Assembly: GCA_943787365.1 (NCBI GenBank)
Contig: CALSMD010000006.1
Location: forward strand, 11,984-75,983
Direction of reading: 5' to 3'
From: an uncultured Flavobacteriaceae bacterium
GTDB taxonomy: Bacteria; Bacteroidota; Bacteroidia; Flavobacteriales; Flavobacteriaceae
Length of the DNA stretch: 64,000 bases
Under the pieces are notes generated by a model that worked only from the letters and a program-made list of their open reading frames with translations, did no database searches and was not told where the DNA came from. Shown here piece after piece: positions 40,920 to 52,314 of the stretch (the first letter of the stretch is position 1; the number at the start of each line of letters is the position of its first letter). The translations under genes were made by a program, and so were the position numbers.

Positions 40920-41525
40920 TTATTTAGAGTAAAGTTCAACGATAAATTGTTCGTTGATGTTTTCAGGAATCTGAATACGTGCCGGAACGGAAACATAGGT
41001 TCCAGATTTTGTATCGTTATTCCAAGTAATCCACTCATAAACTGCTGAAGAGTTTGATAGAGCAGATTCAATAGTTTCTAATGATTTAGATTTTTCTCTA
41101 ACAGCAACAACATCACCAGCTTTTAGAGAGTAAGACGGAATGTTTACAATTCCACCATTTACAGTAATGTGTCTGTGTGATACTAATTGTCTAGCGCTAC
41201 TTCTAGATCGAGATAATCCCATTCTAAATACAACATTATCTAATCTAGATTCACATAATTGTAAAAGCACCTCACCAGTAATACCACGTGAAGCCGTTGC
41301 TTTTTTAAACATGTTTCTAAATTGCTTTTCTAATATACCGTAGGTATATTTTGCTTTTTGCTTTTCCATTAACTGGATTGCATATTCAGACTTTTTACCA
41401 CGACGTCTGTTATTTCCGTGTTGTCCTGGAGGATAGTTTCTTTTTTCAAAAGATTTATCTTCTCCGAAGATTGCTTCGCCAAATTTACGAGCGATTTTTG
41501 TTTTAGGACCAGTATATCTTGCCAT
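40920..41525 (-). CDS. rpsD: 30S ribosomal protein S4
   Basis: [30 protein letters not shown]. Confidence 0.98.
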   Translation of the reverse strand: MARYTGPKTKIARKFGEAIFGEDKSFEKRNYPPGQHGNNRRRGKKSEYAIQLMEKQKAKYTYGILEKQFRNMFKKATASRGITGEVLLQLCESRLDNVVFRMGLSRSRSSARQLVSHRHITVNGGIVNIPSYSLKAGDVVAVREKSKSLETIESALSNSSAVYEWITWNNDTKSGTYVSVPARIQIPENINEQFIVELYSK

Positions 41526-41539
41526 TTTGTTTTGTTTTT

Positions 41540-41595
41540 GAGAGTGATTGTGAATTAAGGTCTTAAGCTTATCCTTCGACAGTCGTTGATCTCTC
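41540..41595 (-). promoter_or_regulatory. Candidate S4 ribosomal-leader RNA upstream of rpsD
   Basis: Nested stems GAGAG/CUCUC, GACUGU/ACAAUC (1 mismatch), AAGG/CCUU in an 88-nt spacer; an S4-Flavobacteria leader family has been described. Confidence 0.55.
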
Positions 41596-41613
41596 GATTA
41601 TACTATTAATAAA

Positions 41614-41997
41614 TTATACTCTTCTTCGTTTTGGAGGTCTACATCCATTATGTGGTGTAGGAGTTACGTCAATAATTTCAGTAACTTCAATTCCGCTGTT
41701 ATGTAAAGAACGTATTGCTGATTCTCTTCCATTACCAGGTCCTTTTACATACACTTTAACTTTCTTAAGACCTGCTTCTTTTGCAGGGCCAGAAGCGTCC
41801 TCAGCTGCTAATTGAGCTGCGTAAGGTGTATTTTTTTTAGAACCTCTAAAACCCATTTTTCCAGCTGATGACCATGAGATCACATCGCCTTTCTTATTGG
41901 TTAATGAGATGATAATGTTATTAAAAGAAGCCGTTACATGTGCTTCTCCCGTAGATTCTACGATAACTTTACGTTTTTTAGTACTTGACTTTGCCAT
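41614..41997 (-). CDS. rpsK: 30S ribosomal protein S11
   Basis: [24 protein letters not shown]. Confidence 0.98.
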   Translation of the reverse strand: MAKSSTKKRKVIVESTGEAHVTASFNNIIISLTNKKGDVISWSSAGKMGFRGSKKNTPYAAQLAAEDASGPAKEAGLKKVKVYVKGPGNGRESAIRSLHNSGIEVTEIIDVTPTPHNGCRPPKRRRV

Positions 41998-42008
41998 ATT
42001 ACTAATTA

Positions 42009-42383
42009 TTATTTAGTTACTTTTTTCTTGTTAGCAACTGTTTTTCTTCTACCTTTTCTAGTTCTTGAGTTGTTCTTCGTACGTTGTCCACGTAAAGGAA
42101 GTCCCGCTCTATGGCGAATTCCTCTATAACAACCGATATCCATTAAACGTTTGATGTTTAATTGGGTCTCTGAACGAAGTTCTCCTTCAATTTTAAAAGT
42201 CCCAACAGTATCACGAATTCTTCCGATTTCTTCATCGGTCCAGTCGGATACTTTAGTACTTTCATCAACTTTTGCTTGAGCTAATATTTCTTTAGCTCTA
42301 CTTCTACCTATTCCATAGATATAAGTTAAAGAGATTACTCCTCTTTTTTGTTTTGGGATGTCTACCCCTGCAATTCTAGCCAT
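42009..42383 (-). CDS. rpsM: 30S ribosomal protein S13
   Basis: [23 protein letters not shown]. Confidence 0.98.
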   Translation of the reverse strand: MARIAGVDIPKQKRGVISLTYIYGIGRSRAKEILAQAKVDESTKVSDWTDEEIGRIRDTVGTFKIEGELRSETQLNIKRLMDIGCYRGIRHRAGLPLRGQRTKNNSRTRKGRRKTVANKKKVTK

Positions 42384-42385
42384 AA

Positions 42386-42502
42386 TTAACCTTGTCTTTG
42401 TTTGAACCTAGGATTCTTTTTGTTTATAACGTAAAGTCTTCCTTTTCTGCGCACAATTTTACAATCTGCGCTTCTTTTTTTAATGGATGCTCTTACTTTC
42501 AT
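42386..42502 (-). CDS. rpmJ: 50S ribosomal protein L36 (zinc-free type)
   Basis: Not in ORF track; hand translation [38 protein letters not shown]. Confidence 0.96.
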   Translation of the reverse strand: MKVRASIKKRSADCKIVRRKGRLYVINKKNPRFKQRQG

Positions 42503-42515
42503 CTTTTACTTCTTG

Positions 42516-42731
42516 TTAGTATCTATAAGTTATTCTTGCCTTAGATAAATCGTAAGGACTCATTTCTAGTTTTACTTTATCTCCTGGTAGTAATTTAATG
42601 TAATGCATTCGCATTTTACCAGAGATATGGGCGGTCACAACGTGACCATTTTCTAATTCTACTCGGAACATCGCATTTGATAATGCTTCGATGATGCTTC
42701 CGTCTTGTTCTATTGCTGCTTGTTTTGCCAT
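42516..42731 (-). CDS. infA: Translation initiation factor IF-1
   Basis: [20 protein letters not shown]. Confidence 0.98.
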   Translation of the reverse strand: MAKQAAIEQDGSIIEALSNAMFRVELENGHVVTAHISGKMRMHYIKLLPGDKVKLEMSPYDLSKARITYRY

Positions 42732-42749
42732 GTAGTTATGTTGAGAGCC

Positions 42750-44105
42750 TTATTGGACTGCTTTTCTATTTTTACCTGTTTTCATCAAGCCATCGTAGTG
42801 TTTGTTTAACAAGTAAGAATTTACTTGTTGCATGGTGTCGATTGCAACTCCCACCATAATCAATAATGAAGTTCCTCCAAAGAATAATGCCCATCCTTGT
42901 TGGATATCCATCAAACGAACAATGATTGCTGGAAACACAGCAATAAGTGCTAGAAATATAGAACCCGGTAAGGTTATTTGTGACATTATTTTATCGAGGT
43001 ATTCTGAGGTTTCCGAACCAGGTCGAATTCCAGGAATAAATCCTCCACTTCTTTTTAAATCATCAGCCATCTTATTGGTAGGTACTGTAATTGCTGTATA
43101 GAAATAGGTAAAAATAATGATTAGGAATGCGAATACAATGTTGTACCATAAACCAAACATACTATTTCCTGCAAAATTACTAACCAACCATTGACCGACA
43201 GTTGAATCTTTTAAAATATCAAGACCTCCTAATAACCCAGGAACAAACATAATAGCTTGTGCAAAGATAATTGGCATTACACCTGAAGCATTAAGCTTTA
43301 AAGGGATGTATTGTCTTGATCCCATGATATTTTTTTCGTAGCCACCAGAAGCGGTACGTCTTGCATATTGAACTGCTATTTTTCTAACGGCCATGACTAA
43401 CATGACTGACGCTAGGATAATAACAAACCATATTACAAGTTCTATTAATATTTTAATTAACCCTCCTTGAGATTGATTCACTGCAGAATCAAATTCTTGT
43501 GCAAATGATAATGGCATGTTAGCAATGATACCCACCATAATCAAGAGTGAAATTCCATTTCCAATCCCTTTATCTGTAATCTTTTCTCCTAGCCACATTG
43601 CAAAAACACAACCAGTGACTAGAATTATGATTGAGGAGAAATAAAACACCCCACCTTGACCTAAAGTAAAAGCCTGTGTACCACCCATTAGAGCAGGAAG
43701 ACTTGTGAGGTAGGCTGGTGCTTGCACTAAACAAATACCGATGGTTAACCAACGTGTAATTTGTGTAATTTTCTTTTGCCCACTAGCACCTTCTTTTTGT
43801 AGTTTCTGAAGGTAAGGTATTGCTATACCCATCAACTGAACTACAATAGAAGCCGAGATATATGGCATGATTCCTAAGGCAAAAACCGAAGCTTTTGCAA
43901 AGGCACCCCCTGTAAATGCATTTAAGAGTCCGAGAAGGCCTGAGTCTGTTTTGGATGCTAGTGATCCTAACTGTGAAGCGTCAATTCCGGGAAGCACAAC
44001 TTGTGCTCCAAAACGATATACCAATAACAGTCCTAAAGTTAGAATAATTCTATCTTTAAGTTCTGTAATTTTCCAAACGTTTTTTAATGTCTCTATAAAT
44101 TTCAT
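42750..44105 (-). CDS. secY: Preprotein translocase SecY
   Basis: ALGIMPYISASI, GIGNGISL, FIPGIRPG, GGTSLLI. Confidence 0.98.
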   Translation of the reverse strand: MKFIETLKNVWKITELKDRIILTLGLLLVYRFGAQVVLPGIDASQLGSLASKTDSGLLGLLNAFTGGAFAKASVFALGIMPYISASIVVQLMGIAIPYLQKLQKEGASGQKKITQITRWLTIGICLVQAPAYLTSLPALMGGTQAFTLGQGGVFYFSSIIILVTGCVFAMWLGEKITDKGIGNGISLLIMVGIIANMPLSFAQEFDSAVNQSQGGLIKILIELVIWFVIILASVMLVMAVRKIAVQYARRTASGGYEKNIMGSRQYIPLKLNASGVMPIIFAQAIMFVPGLLGGLDILKDSTVGQWLVSNFAGNSMFGLWYNIVFAFLIIIFTYFYTAITVPTNKMADDLKRSGGFIPGIRPGSETSEYLDKIMSQITLPGSIFLALIAVFPAIIVRLMDIQQGWALFFGGTSLLIMVGVAIDTMQQVNSYLLNKHYDGLMKTGKNRKAVQ

Positions 44106-44116
44106 TTTATGGGCTG

Positions 44117-44569
44117 TTATAGTGTTACAGCTTCACCGCCAGCTGCTTCAATCGCTGCCTTAGCTGTTGCTGTGAATTTATGTGCTGAAACTTTTAACTT
44201 CGCTTTCAACTCACCTCTTCCTAGAATTTTAATCAATTCGTGCTTACGTCCTAAACGCAATTCAACGATTGTTTCAAAATCTAATTCAGATTTAATTTTC
44301 TTTTCGTCAACTAACTGTTGAAGTGTATCAAGGTTAATTCCTTGGTAATCTTTACGGTTAATGTTTGTGAAACCAAACTTAGGCACACGTCTTTGTAATG
44401 GCATTTGACCACCTTCAAAACCTACTTTTCTAGAGTACCCAGAACGAGATTTAGCTCCTTTGTGACCACGAGTTGCGGTACCACCTTTTCCAGAACCTTG
44501 TCCTCTACCGACTCTTTTACCTTGACTTTTAACTGAACCTGCAGCAGGTTGTAAATTACTTAAATTCAT
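44117..44569 (-). CDS. rplO: 50S ribosomal protein L15
   Basis: RVGRGQGSGKG, GFEGGQMPL. Confidence 0.98.
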   Translation of the reverse strand: MNLSNLQPAAGSVKSQGKRVGRGQGSGKGGTATRGHKGAKSRSGYSRKVGFEGGQMPLQRRVPKFGFTNINRKDYQGINLDTLQQLVDEKKIKSELDFETIVELRLGRKHELIKILGRGELKAKLKVSAHKFTATAKAAIEAAGGEAVTL

Positions 44570-44582
44570 TTTTCAGTATATT

Positions 44583-44762
44583 TTAAGCTTCTTGTACAGA
44601 AACTAAATGTTTTACTTTATTGATCATTCCTAAAATATTAGGAGTTGCTTCGTGTTCTATCGTTTGACCAATCTTTTTAAGACCTAACGCTAATAATGTA
44701 CGCTTTTGTCTTTGTGTACGATTGATCGCACTTTTTTGTTTTGTTACTTTTATCTTAGCCAT
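44583..44762 (-). CDS. rpmD: 50S ribosomal protein L30
   Basis: Not in ORF track; hand translation MAKIKVTKQKSAINRTQRQKRTLLALGLKKIGQTIEHEATPNILGMINKVKHLVSVQEA. Confidence 0.96.
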   Translation of the reverse strand: MAKIKVTKQKSAINRTQRQKRTLLALGLKKIGQTIEHEATPNILGMINKVKHLVSVQEA

Positions 44763-44773
44763 CGTGTCGTAAA

Positions 44774-45298
44774 TTAACCGTTAAAAACTTGTTCAAGAGA
44801 AATTCCTCTCTCACGTGCTATTGACTTCGCATCTCTTAATTGAAGTAAAGCGTCAAAAGTAGCTTTTACAACATTATGAGGGTTTGAAGATCCTTGTGAT
44901 TTGGATAAAACATCGTGTACTCCAACGGCTTCAAGAACAGTTCTTACAGCTCCACCAGCAATAACTCCTGTACCAGGTGCTGCAGGGATGATGTTTACTC
45001 TTGCTCCACCGTATTTTCCTTTTTGTTCGTGAGGGAGTGTTCCTTTAATTAAAGGAATTCTTACTAAGTTTTTCTTAGCATCTTCAATTGCTTTCGCAAT
45101 TGCACTCGCAACGTCTTTAGATTTACCTAAACCATGTCCAACGACACCAGCTTCGTCACCGACTACTACAATCGCTGAAAATCCAAATGCTCTACCACCT
45201 TTTGTTACTTTTGTAACTCTTTGCACACCTACCAAACGGTCTTTTAAATCCAACCCACTTGGTTTTACTAGTTCTGCACTTTTGTATTTTTGATACAT
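44774..45298 (-). CDS. rpsE: 30S ribosomal protein S5
   Basis: [19 protein letters not shown]. Confidence 0.98.
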   Translation of the reverse strand: MYQKYKSAELVKPSGLDLKDRLVGVQRVTKVTKGGRAFGFSAIVVVGDEAGVVGHGLGKSKDVASAIAKAIEDAKKNLVRIPLIKGTLPHEQKGKYGGARVNIIPAAPGTGVIAGGAVRTVLEAVGVHDVLSKSQGSSNPHNVVKATFDALLQLRDAKSIARERGISLEQVFNG

Positions 45299-45305
45299 AA
45301 TTTCT

Positions 45306-45662
45306 TTAGAATTTAAGTCCTGCTTCTCTAGCGCCTTCCGCTAATGATTTTACTCTACCATGATATAAATAACCACCTCTATCAAAAGTGATGGTTTCAA
45401 CACCAGCCTTTAATGCTTTTGCCGCCACTGACTTTCCAACTAAAGTTGCAATTTCAGTTTTTGAGCCTTTAACAGAGCTGATGTCTTTATCTCTTGAAGA
45501 AGCCGCACTAATGGTTACACCAGTAACGTCATCTACTAATTGAGCATAAATTTCTTTATTACTTCTAAAAACAGCCAATCGAGGCTGAGACGCTGTCCCA
45601 GAAACAATTTTACGTATTCTGTTTTTAATTCTTTGTCTTCTATCGTTTTTTGATAATGCCAT
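45306..45662 (-). CDS. rplR: 50S ribosomal protein L18
   Basis: [21 protein letters not shown]. Confidence 0.98.
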   Translation of the reverse strand: MALSKNDRRQRIKNRIRKIVSGTASQPRLAVFRSNKEIYAQLVDDVTGVTISAASSRDKDISSVKGSKTEIATLVGKSVAAKALKAGVETITFDRGGYLYHGRVKSLAEGAREAGLKF

Positions 45663-45672
45663 AACTAAATTA

Positions 45673-46215
45673 TTAAGCTGATTTACCTGCTTTTCTTCTT
45701 AATACTTCGCCTACAAACTTAATTCCTTTTCCTTTGTATGGTTCAGGCGCTCTGAAACCACGGATTTTAGCGGCAACTTGTCCAACAAGTTGTTTGTCGT
45801 GCGACGTTAATTTAATAATTGGGTTTTTCCCTTTTTCAGAAACCGTTTCTACTTTTACTTCAGAAGCGATATCTAAAATAATATTATGAGAAAATCCTAA
45901 AGCTAAATCAAGTTTATTGCCTTGATTTGAAGCTCTATATCCAACCCCTACAAGTTCTAATTCTTTAGTCCATCCAGTGGTAACACCTTCAATCATATTA
46001 AAAATTAAAGCTCTGTAAAGCCCGTGTTTTGCTTTGTGATCTTTGTGATCAGAAGGACGCTCTAAAATAACGTGGCCTTCTTCTATTTTGATACTTACAG
46101 CAGAAAATTCTTGAGTGAGTTCACCTAGTTTACCTTTAACCGTAATTTGGTTATCTGTGATATCTAAGGTCACTCCTTCTGGAATCGCTACTGGGTTTTT
46201 TCCTATTCTTGACAT
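45673..46215 (-). CDS. rplF: 50S ribosomal protein L6
   Basis: [14 protein letters not shown]. Confidence 0.98.
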   Translation of the reverse strand: MSRIGKNPVAIPEGVTLDITDNQITVKGKLGELTQEFSAVSIKIEEGHVILERPSDHKDHKAKHGLYRALIFNMIEGVTTGWTKELELVGVGYRASNQGNKLDLALGFSHNIILDIASEVKVETVSEKGKNPIIKLTSHDKQLVGQVAAKIRGFRAPEPYKGKGIKFVGEVLRRKAGKSA

Positions 46216-46231
46216 TTCTTAAATCTTTAAA

Positions 46232-46630
46232 TTAGTAAACGTAACATAATACTTCACCACCTACATTTGCTCTTTGAGCTTGTTTGCCTGTCATCACTCC
46301 GTGAGAAGTTGAAACGATTGCAATACCAAGACCATTAAGGACACGTGGATGCTCGTTAGCACCCGAGTATTTACGTAAACCTGGTTTACTTATTCTTTGG
46401 ATTTTTTTGATTACAGGTTCTTTGGTTTCCTTATTGTATTTGAGTGCTATTTTAATAGTCCCTTGTACAGTTGAGTCATCAAATTTGTAACTTAAAACAT
46501 ATCCTTGTTCGAATAATATTTTTGTAATCTCTTTCTTTAAATTAGATGCAGGAATCTCTACAACTCTGTGATTTGCACGAACTGCGTTTCTAATTCTTGT
46601 TAAATAATCCGCTATTGGATCTGTATACAT
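46232..46630 (-). CDS. rpsH: 30S ribosomal protein S8
   Basis: DPIADYLTRIRNA, SKPGLR, GGEVLC. Confidence 0.98.
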   Translation of the reverse strand: MYTDPIADYLTRIRNAVRANHRVVEIPASNLKKEITKILFEQGYVLSYKFDDSTVQGTIKIALKYNKETKEPVIKKIQRISKPGLRKYSGANEHPRVLNGLGIAIVSTSHGVMTGKQAQRANVGGEVLCYVY

Positions 46631-46689
46631 AATGTATTAATTTGCGGTTTTGGTTTTCTATTATTAGAACCTGAAACCAATTTATAATT

Positions 46690-46959
46690 TTACCAACTTG
46701 CTTTTTTAACTCCGGGTATTAATCCGTTGTTTGCCATTTCTCTAAACATCACTCTTGAGATTCCAAACTGGCGCATATATCCTTTTGGACGTCCAGTTAG
46801 TTTGCATCTATTATGCATACGAATTGGCGAAGCATTTACAGGAAGCTTTTGCAATCCTTGATAATCACCTGCCTCTTTTAACGCTTTGCGTTTTTCAGCA
46901 TATTTAGCAACTATTTTTGCTCTTTTTACCTCACGGGCTTTCATTGATTCTTTAGCCAT
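46690..46959 (-). CDS. rpsN: 30S ribosomal protein S14 (89 aa, zinc-free type)
   Basis: [16 protein letters not shown]; only one Cys. Confidence 0.97.
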   Translation of the reverse strand: MAKESMKAREVKRAKIVAKYAEKRKALKEAGDYQGLQKLPVNASPIRMHNRCKLTGRPKGYMRQFGISRVMFREMANNGLIPGVKKASW

Positions 46960-46962
46960 AGC

Positions 46963-47514
46963 TTAATTCTTTTTAAAAGGGACCCCTAATTCTGTTAATA
47001 ATGATTTTGCTTCTTTATCTGTATCGGCGTCCGTCACAAATGTGATATCCATTCCCGAAATTTTATTGACTTTATCAATATCTATTTCAGGAAAAATAAT
47101 TTGTTCCGTAACTCCTAAATTATAGTTACCTCTACCGTCAAATCCAGTTGCTTTGATTCCATTGAAATCTCTAACACGTGGAAGTGCAGAAGTTACTAAA
47201 CGGTCTAAAAACTCATACATTTTTTCACCACGTAAAGTTACTTTAACACCAATTGGCATTCCTTTACGTAGTTTAAAGGTTGCAACATCTTTCTTAGAGA
47301 TCGTTGCAACTGCTTTTTGTCCAGATATTTTAGTAATTTCCTCTATTGCGTAGTCAATTAATTTTTTATCTGAAACAGCAGCACCAACCCCTTTAGATAT
47401 GACTATCTTTTGCAGTTTTGGAACTTGCATTACGTTTTTATATCCGAATTCTTCTGTAAGAGCCGACACTACTCTGTCTTTATACTCTTGTTTTAATCTT
47501 GGAATGTATCCCAT
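46963..47514 (-). CDS. rplE: 50S ribosomal protein L5
   Basis: [17 protein letters not shown]. Confidence 0.98.
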   Translation of the reverse strand: MGYIPRLKQEYKDRVVSALTEEFGYKNVMQVPKLQKIVISKGVGAAVSDKKLIDYAIEEITKISGQKAVATISKKDVATFKLRKGMPIGVKVTLRGEKMYEFLDRLVTSALPRVRDFNGIKATGFDGRGNYNLGVTEQIIFPEIDIDKVNKISGMDITFVTDADTDKEAKSLLTELGVPFKKN

Positions 47515-47519
47515 AATTC

Positions 47520-47831
47520 TTAAATTACTTCGTTAGATTTTTTTGAAAATCTTACTTTCTTACCATTTTCCATTTTATACCCAACTCTAGTTGTTTCGCC
47601 TTTTGCAGTTAACAAAGATAAGTTTGATATTTGGATTAATGCTTCTTTTTCAACGATGCCACCTTGAGGGCTTTGAGCACTAGGCTTCATGTGTTTTTTT
47701 ACCATGTTTACCCCTTCAACGATCGCTTTGTTTTTATCTATCAATACCTTAATCACTTTACCTTCAGAACCTTTATGGTCTCCAGCAATAACTCTTACGG
47801 TATCTCCTGTTTTAATCTTTAGCTTTCCCAT
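47520..47831 (-). CDS. rplX: 50S ribosomal protein L24
   Basis: KOW motif [14 protein letters not shown]. Confidence 0.97.
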   Translation of the reverse strand: MGKLKIKTGDTVRVIAGDHKGSEGKVIKVLIDKNKAIVEGVNMVKKHMKPSAQSPQGGIVEKEALIQISNLSLLTAKGETTRVGYKMENGKKVRFSKKSNEVI

Positions 47832-47841
47832 ATTTCTTAAA

Positions 47842-48210
47842 TTAAAGCACTTCAGGTGCTAATGACACAATCTTCATGAATGACTTATCACGAAGTTCTC
47901 TTGCTACAGGTCCAAAAACACGAGTTCCTCTCATTTCACCAGTAGGGTTTAAAAGAACACAAGCATTGTCATCAAATCTAATATAAGATCCATCAGGACG
48001 TCTAACTTCTTTTACTGTTCTTACCACTACAGCTGTTGAAACTGCTCCTTTTTTTATACTTCCGTTTGGTGTAGCATCTTTAATAGTCACAACTATTTTG
48101 TCACCAAGGGATGCATATCTACGCTTCGTACCTCCTAGAACACGGATGGTTAACACCTCTTTTGCTCCAGTGTTATCAGCTACTTTTAATCTTGATTCTT
48201 GTTGTACCAT
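47842..48210 (-). CDS. rplN: 50S ribosomal protein L14
   Basis: [15 protein letters not shown]. Confidence 0.98.
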   Translation of the reverse strand: MVQQESRLKVADNTGAKEVLTIRVLGGTKRRYASLGDKIVVTIKDATPNGSIKKGAVSTAVVVRTVKEVRRPDGSYIRFDDNACVLLNPTGEMRGTRVFGPVARELRDKSFMKIVSLAPEVL

Positions 48211-48212
48211 AA

Positions 48213-48470
48213 TTATTTAGCTCTATCAATGATTTCTACTAGTCTCCAACATTTAGATTTACTTAAGGGTCTTGTTTCCATGATCCTTACGGTATCTCCT
48301 TCGTTACAGTCGTTTTGCTCGTCATGTGCTACATACTTTTTAGTCTTTAGCACGAACTTTCCATACATAGGATGTTTTACTTTTTTCACTTCAGAAACCA
48401 CGATTGATTTCATCATTTTGTTACTTGTAACAACGCCTATACGTTCTTTTCTTAAATTTCTTTTTTCCAT
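48213..48470 (-). CDS. rpsQ: 30S ribosomal protein S17
   Basis: HPMYGK, ETRPLSK. Confidence 0.98.
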   Translation of the reverse strand: MEKRNLRKERIGVVTSNKMMKSIVVSEVKKVKHPMYGKFVLKTKKYVAHDEQNDCNEGDTVRIMETRPLSKSKCWRLVEIIDRAK

Positions 48471-48487
48471 CTTTCAGCAGAATACAA

Positions 48488-48679
48488 TTATTGCACTTCT
48501 CTTTTAGTTAACTCCGTTGCCAACCGTGCTACAGATCGTCTTACAGACCGTAATTGGATTGGGTTTTCGAGTGGTGATATTGCGTGGGTCATTTTCAGAT
48601 CCGCGTAAGTCTTTTTCGTATCACTAAGTTTCTCTTGTAACTCAGCTGTCGATAGTTCTTTAATTTCAGATTGTTTCAT
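48488..48679 (-). CDS. rpmC: 50S ribosomal protein L29
   Basis: ENPIQLR..RRSVAR; position between rplP and rpsQ. Confidence 0.96.
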   Translation of the reverse strand: MKQSEIKELSTAELQEKLSDTKKTYADLKMTHAISPLENPIQLRSVRRSVARLATELTKREVQ

Positions 48680-48692
48680 AATATCAATAAAA

Positions 48693-49112
48693 TTAAGCTT
48701 CGTAGTCTCTAGCGATTACAAATTTGGTTTTAACTGGTAATTTCTGAGCCGCTAAACGCAATGCTTCTTTAGCAACGTCTATTGGCACACCACCAACTTC
48801 AAATAAAATTCTTCCAGGTTTCACAACAGCTGCCCAATACTCAACGGCACCTTTTCCTTTACCCATACGTACTTCAAGCGGCTTTTTTGTAATTGGTTTG
48901 TCTGGAAATATTTTAATCCATAACTGACCTTCTCTTTTCATATGGCGTGTTGCAGCAATACGAGCAGCTTCAATTTGACGTGAAGTCAAAAAATTTGAAT
49001 CTAATGATTTTATACCAAACATTCCGTTAGAAAGTTGGTGTCCTCTCTCGGAGTTTCCTTTCATGCGTCCTTTTTGGACTTTACGAAATTTTGTTCTTTT
49101 TGGTTGTAACAT
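48693..49112 (-). CDS. rplP: 50S ribosomal protein L16
   Basis: [18 protein letters not shown]. Confidence 0.98.
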   Translation of the reverse strand: MLQPKRTKFRKVQKGRMKGNSERGHQLSNGMFGIKSLDSNFLTSRQIEAARIAATRHMKREGQLWIKIFPDKPITKKPLEVRMGKGKGAVEYWAAVVKPGRILFEVGGVPIDVAKEALRLAAQKLPVKTKFVIARDYEA

Positions 49113-49133
49113 TTTCTTTTAATTTATAAAAAA

Positions 49134-49847
49134 TTACTTTCTACGGCGACCTTTTGAATTCGATGAGCGGTTCCCTTTGTCTTGTCCTTTTGAAAGACCT
49201 ACTAAAGGAGATAGCTCACGTTTTCCATATACTTCACCTTTCATAATCCATACTTTAATACCTAATCTTCCGTAAGTAGTATGGGCTTCAACTAAAGCAT
49301 AGTCTATGTCAGCTCTGAATGTTGATAAAGGAATTCTTCCATCTTTATAGTGTTCGCTACGTGCCATTTCAGCTCCATTTAAACGACCACTAATTTGAAT
49401 CTTAATTCCTTCAGAGTTCATTCGCATCGTGGCTTGAATAGCCATTTTGATTGCACGTTTGTAAGAAATACGATTTTCAATTTGACGAGCGACACTCGTT
49501 GCTACTAAAAATGCATCTAATTCAGGACGCTTAATTTCAAAGATGTTTAATTGAACTTCTTTATTGGTGAGTTTTCTTAATTCTTCTTTTAACTTGTCTA
49601 CCTCTTGACCGCCTTTACCAATAATGATACCAGGACGAGCCGTTGTGATAGTAACGGTTACAAGTTTAAGAGTTCTTTCGATAATCACTCTAGATACACT
49701 AGCTTTTGCTAAACGAACAAAGATGTACTTTCTGATCTTATCATCTTCAGCAAGCTTGTCTCCGTAATCGTTACCTCCATACCAGTTAGATTCCCATCCT
49801 CTGATGATTCCAAGGCGATTTCCTATTGGATTTGTCTTCTGTCCCAT
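49134..49847 (-). CDS. rpsC: 30S ribosomal protein S3
   Basis: [17 protein letters not shown]. Confidence 0.98.
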   Translation of the reverse strand: MGQKTNPIGNRLGIIRGWESNWYGGNDYGDKLAEDDKIRKYIFVRLAKASVSRVIIERTLKLVTVTITTARPGIIIGKGGQEVDKLKEELRKLTNKEVQLNIFEIKRPELDAFLVATSVARQIENRISYKRAIKMAIQATMRMNSEGIKIQISGRLNGAEMARSEHYKDGRIPLSTFRADIDYALVEAHTTYGRLGIKVWIMKGEVYGKRELSPLVGLSKGQDKGNRSSNSKGRRRK

Positions 49848-49850
49848 TTA

Positions 49851-50261
49851 TTAATTGCTTTGTGTGTTATTTTTAGCTCCAAGAACGACTGTAACGTGAT
49901 TGGATCTTTTTCTAATTCTGTGTGCACGACCTTGAGGTGCTGGACGAAGTCTCTTTAACATAGAACCTCCATCAACTGTGATTTCTTTTACAAAGAGATC
50001 TGCATCTTCAATATTTGCATCCTCGTTTTTAGATTGCCAGTTAGCAACTGCCGATAGAACTAATTTTTCTAAACGACGAGACGCTTCTTTGGAACTAAAT
50101 CTCAAAACGTTAAGTGCCTTTTCTACCTTTTCGCCTCTTACTAAATCAGCTACTAAGCGCATTTTTCTTGGTGACGTAGGACAGTTATTAAGCTTTGCAA
50201 AAGCAATTTGCTTTTTCCCAGCTTTAATAGCGTCTGCCATTTGTTTTTTACGACTTCCCAT
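49851..50261 (-). CDS. rplV: 50S ribosomal protein L22
   Basis: [15 protein letters not shown]. Confidence 0.98.
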   Translation of the reverse strand: MGSRKKQMADAIKAGKKQIAFAKLNNCPTSPRKMRLVADLVRGEKVEKALNVLRFSSKEASRRLEKLVLSAVANWQSKNEDANIEDADLFVKEITVDGGSMLKRLRPAPQGRAHRIRKRSNHVTVVLGAKNNTQSN

Positions 50262-50266
50262 AGCTC

Positions 50267-50545
50267 TTATTTTTTACCTTTATTTTTAGCACCTGCATGT
50301 CCACGGAATGAACGTGTTGGTGAAAATTCTCCTAGTTTATGACCTACCATGTTTTCAGTAACATATACTGGTACAAATTGTCGGCCGTTATGCACTGCAA
50401 TTGTTTGTCCAACAAAATCCGGAGTAATCATACTGGCTCTAGACCAGGTTTTGATAACGGTTTTTTTATTGGACTCTACATTAGCAGCCACTTTTTTCTC
50501 TAATTTATAATGAACGAAAGGTCCTTTTTTTAATGATCTTGCCAT
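50267..50545 (-). CDS. rpsS: 30S ribosomal protein S19
   Basis: [21 protein letters not shown]. Confidence 0.98.
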   Translation of the reverse strand: MARSLKKGPFVHYKLEKKVAANVESNKKTVIKTWSRASMITPDFVGQTIAVHNGRQFVPVYVTENMVGHKLGEFSPTRSFRGHAGAKNKGKK

Positions 50546-50551
50546 GTCTTA

Positions 50552-51376
50552 TTATTTCTTTCTACGTTCTATGATGTACTTATTACTCGCTTTGGTCTTA
50601 GAACGGGTTCTAAATCCTTTAGCAGGAATACCGTTTCTTGAACGTGGATGTCCACCTGAAGATTTTCCTTCACCACCACCCATTGGGTGATCGACTGGAT
50701 TCATAACAACTGGTCTTGTTCTTGGACGTCTTCCTAACCAACGGCTTCTACCTGCTTTACCTGACACCAATAATTGGTGATCCGAGTTAGAGACAACACC
50801 AATAGTAGCGTTACAATCTAACAATAGTAAACGTGTTTCACCAGATGGTAACTTTACCGTAGCAAACTTACCGTCTCTTGCCATTAATTGTGCAAAGGCA
50901 CCAGCACTACGTGCCATAACAGCTCCTTGTCCCGGACGAAGCTCGATACAAGAAATGATGGTTCCTAATGGAATTTGACTTAAAGGCATTGAATTCCCAA
51001 TTTCGGGAGCAACATCTGCACCTGACACTAACTTTTGTCCTACTTGAAGACCGTTTTGTGCAATGATGTAACGTTTTTCTCCGTCTTGATAATTCAGAAG
51101 CGCAATAAATGCTGTTCTGTTTGGATCGTATTCAATAGATTTCACTTCGGCTGGAATTCCAGCTTTTTCTCTTTTGAAATCAATGATACGATACCTTTTC
51201 TTATGACCGCCACCGATATAGCGCATGGTCATTTTTCCTTGACTGTTTCTACCACCTGAACGTTTTTTCGGAGCTAATAAACTCTTCTCCGGCTTATCAG
51301 TAGTAATGGCGTCATAACCGTTTACTACTCTAAATCGCTGTCCTGGGGTGATTGGTTTTAATTTTCTTACTGACAT
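50552..51376 (-). CDS. rplB: 50S ribosomal protein L2
   Basis: [19 protein letters not shown]. Confidence 0.98.
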   Translation of the reverse strand: MSVRKLKPITPGQRFRVVNGYDAITTDKPEKSLLAPKKRSGGRNSQGKMTMRYIGGGHKKRYRIIDFKREKAGIPAEVKSIEYDPNRTAFIALLNYQDGEKRYIIAQNGLQVGQKLVSGADVAPEIGNSMPLSQIPLGTIISCIELRPGQGAVMARSAGAFAQLMARDGKFATVKLPSGETRLLLLDCNATIGVVSNSDHQLLVSGKAGRSRWLGRRPRTRPVVMNPVDHPMGGGEGKSSGGHPRSRNGIPAKGFRTRSKTKASNKYIIERRKK

Positions 51377-51386
51377 GTTTGTCTAA

Positions 51387-51677
51387 TTAGATATTAGCGT
51401 ATAAATCAATCGTTTCACCTTCCGCCAGTTGTACAAGTGCTTTTTTAACAGCATTTGTTTTACCATGTTGAATCCCAGTTTTTGTAAACTTGGTTTTTCG
51501 ATCTGGACGGACATTTATTGTACGAACTTTTTCAACAGAAACACCGTAAGCAGCTTCCACTGCTTTTTTGATTTCTACCTTGTTCGCCTTTGTATTCACC
51601 TGAAAACTGAAGCAGTTTCTCAACTCGCTCGCTAGGGTTGCTTTCTCTGTGATTATTGGTTTAATTAAGATACTCAT
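51387..51677 (-). CDS. rplW: 50S ribosomal protein L23
   Basis: PIITEK, NKVEIKKAVE. Confidence 0.97.
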   Translation of the reverse strand: MSILIKPIITEKATLASELRNCFSFQVNTKANKVEIKKAVEAAYGVSVEKVRTINVRPDRKTKFTKTGIQHGKTNAVKKALVQLAEGETIDLYANI

Positions 51678-51684
51678 GGTTTTC

Positions 51685-52314
51685 TTATTTACTTAAATTC
51701 GTTTCAATATTTTTTATAGCACTTTCAAAAAGCACGACTTGATTCGCGTTTAAAATTTTGTAAGTACTTATTTCTGAGTCTATTAAGACCTCAGAACCCT
51801 TTAAATTACGCGAGGACAAATATACATTATTATTTGAGCTGCCCAAGACAAATAAAGACTTTTTGCTGTCAAGGTTTAAGGCCTTTAAAACCGCCGTAAA
51901 ATTCTTTGTTTTTGGGGTATCAAATGTAAAGTCCTCTACAACCGTAATTGATTTTTCAGAAGCTTTAATTGTAAAAGCCGACTTTCTTGCCAAACGCTTT
52001 ACATTTTTATTTAATTTAAAGCTATAGTTTCTTGGTCTTGGACCGAACATACGACCACCACCTCTAAAAACACCAGACTTGATACTACCCGCACGGGCTG
52101 TACCAGTTCCTTTTTGCTTTTTGATTTTACGAGTACTTCCCGAAATCTCAGCTCTTTCTTTTGACTTGTGTGTTCCTTGACGTTGGTTCGCAAGATATTG
52201 CTTAACATCAAGATAAACCGCGTGGTTATTTGGTTCTATAGCAAATACATCGTTAGAAAGGTCTGCCTTTCTACCTGTATCTTTTCCGTTTAAATCTAAA
52301 ACTGCTACTTTCAT
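51685..52314 (-). CDS. rplD: 50S ribosomal protein L4
   Basis: RQGTH, QKGTGTAR, FGPRPR. Confidence 0.98.
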   Translation of the reverse strand: MKVAVLDLNGKDTGRKADLSNDVFAIEPNNHAVYLDVKQYLANQRQGTHKSKERAEISGSTRKIKKQKGTGTARAGSIKSGVFRGGGRMFGPRPRNYSFKLNKNVKRLARKSAFTIKASEKSITVVEDFTFDTPKTKNFTAVLKALNLDSKKSLFVLGSSNNNVYLSSRNLKGSEVLIDSEISTYKILNANQVVLFESAIKNIETNLSK

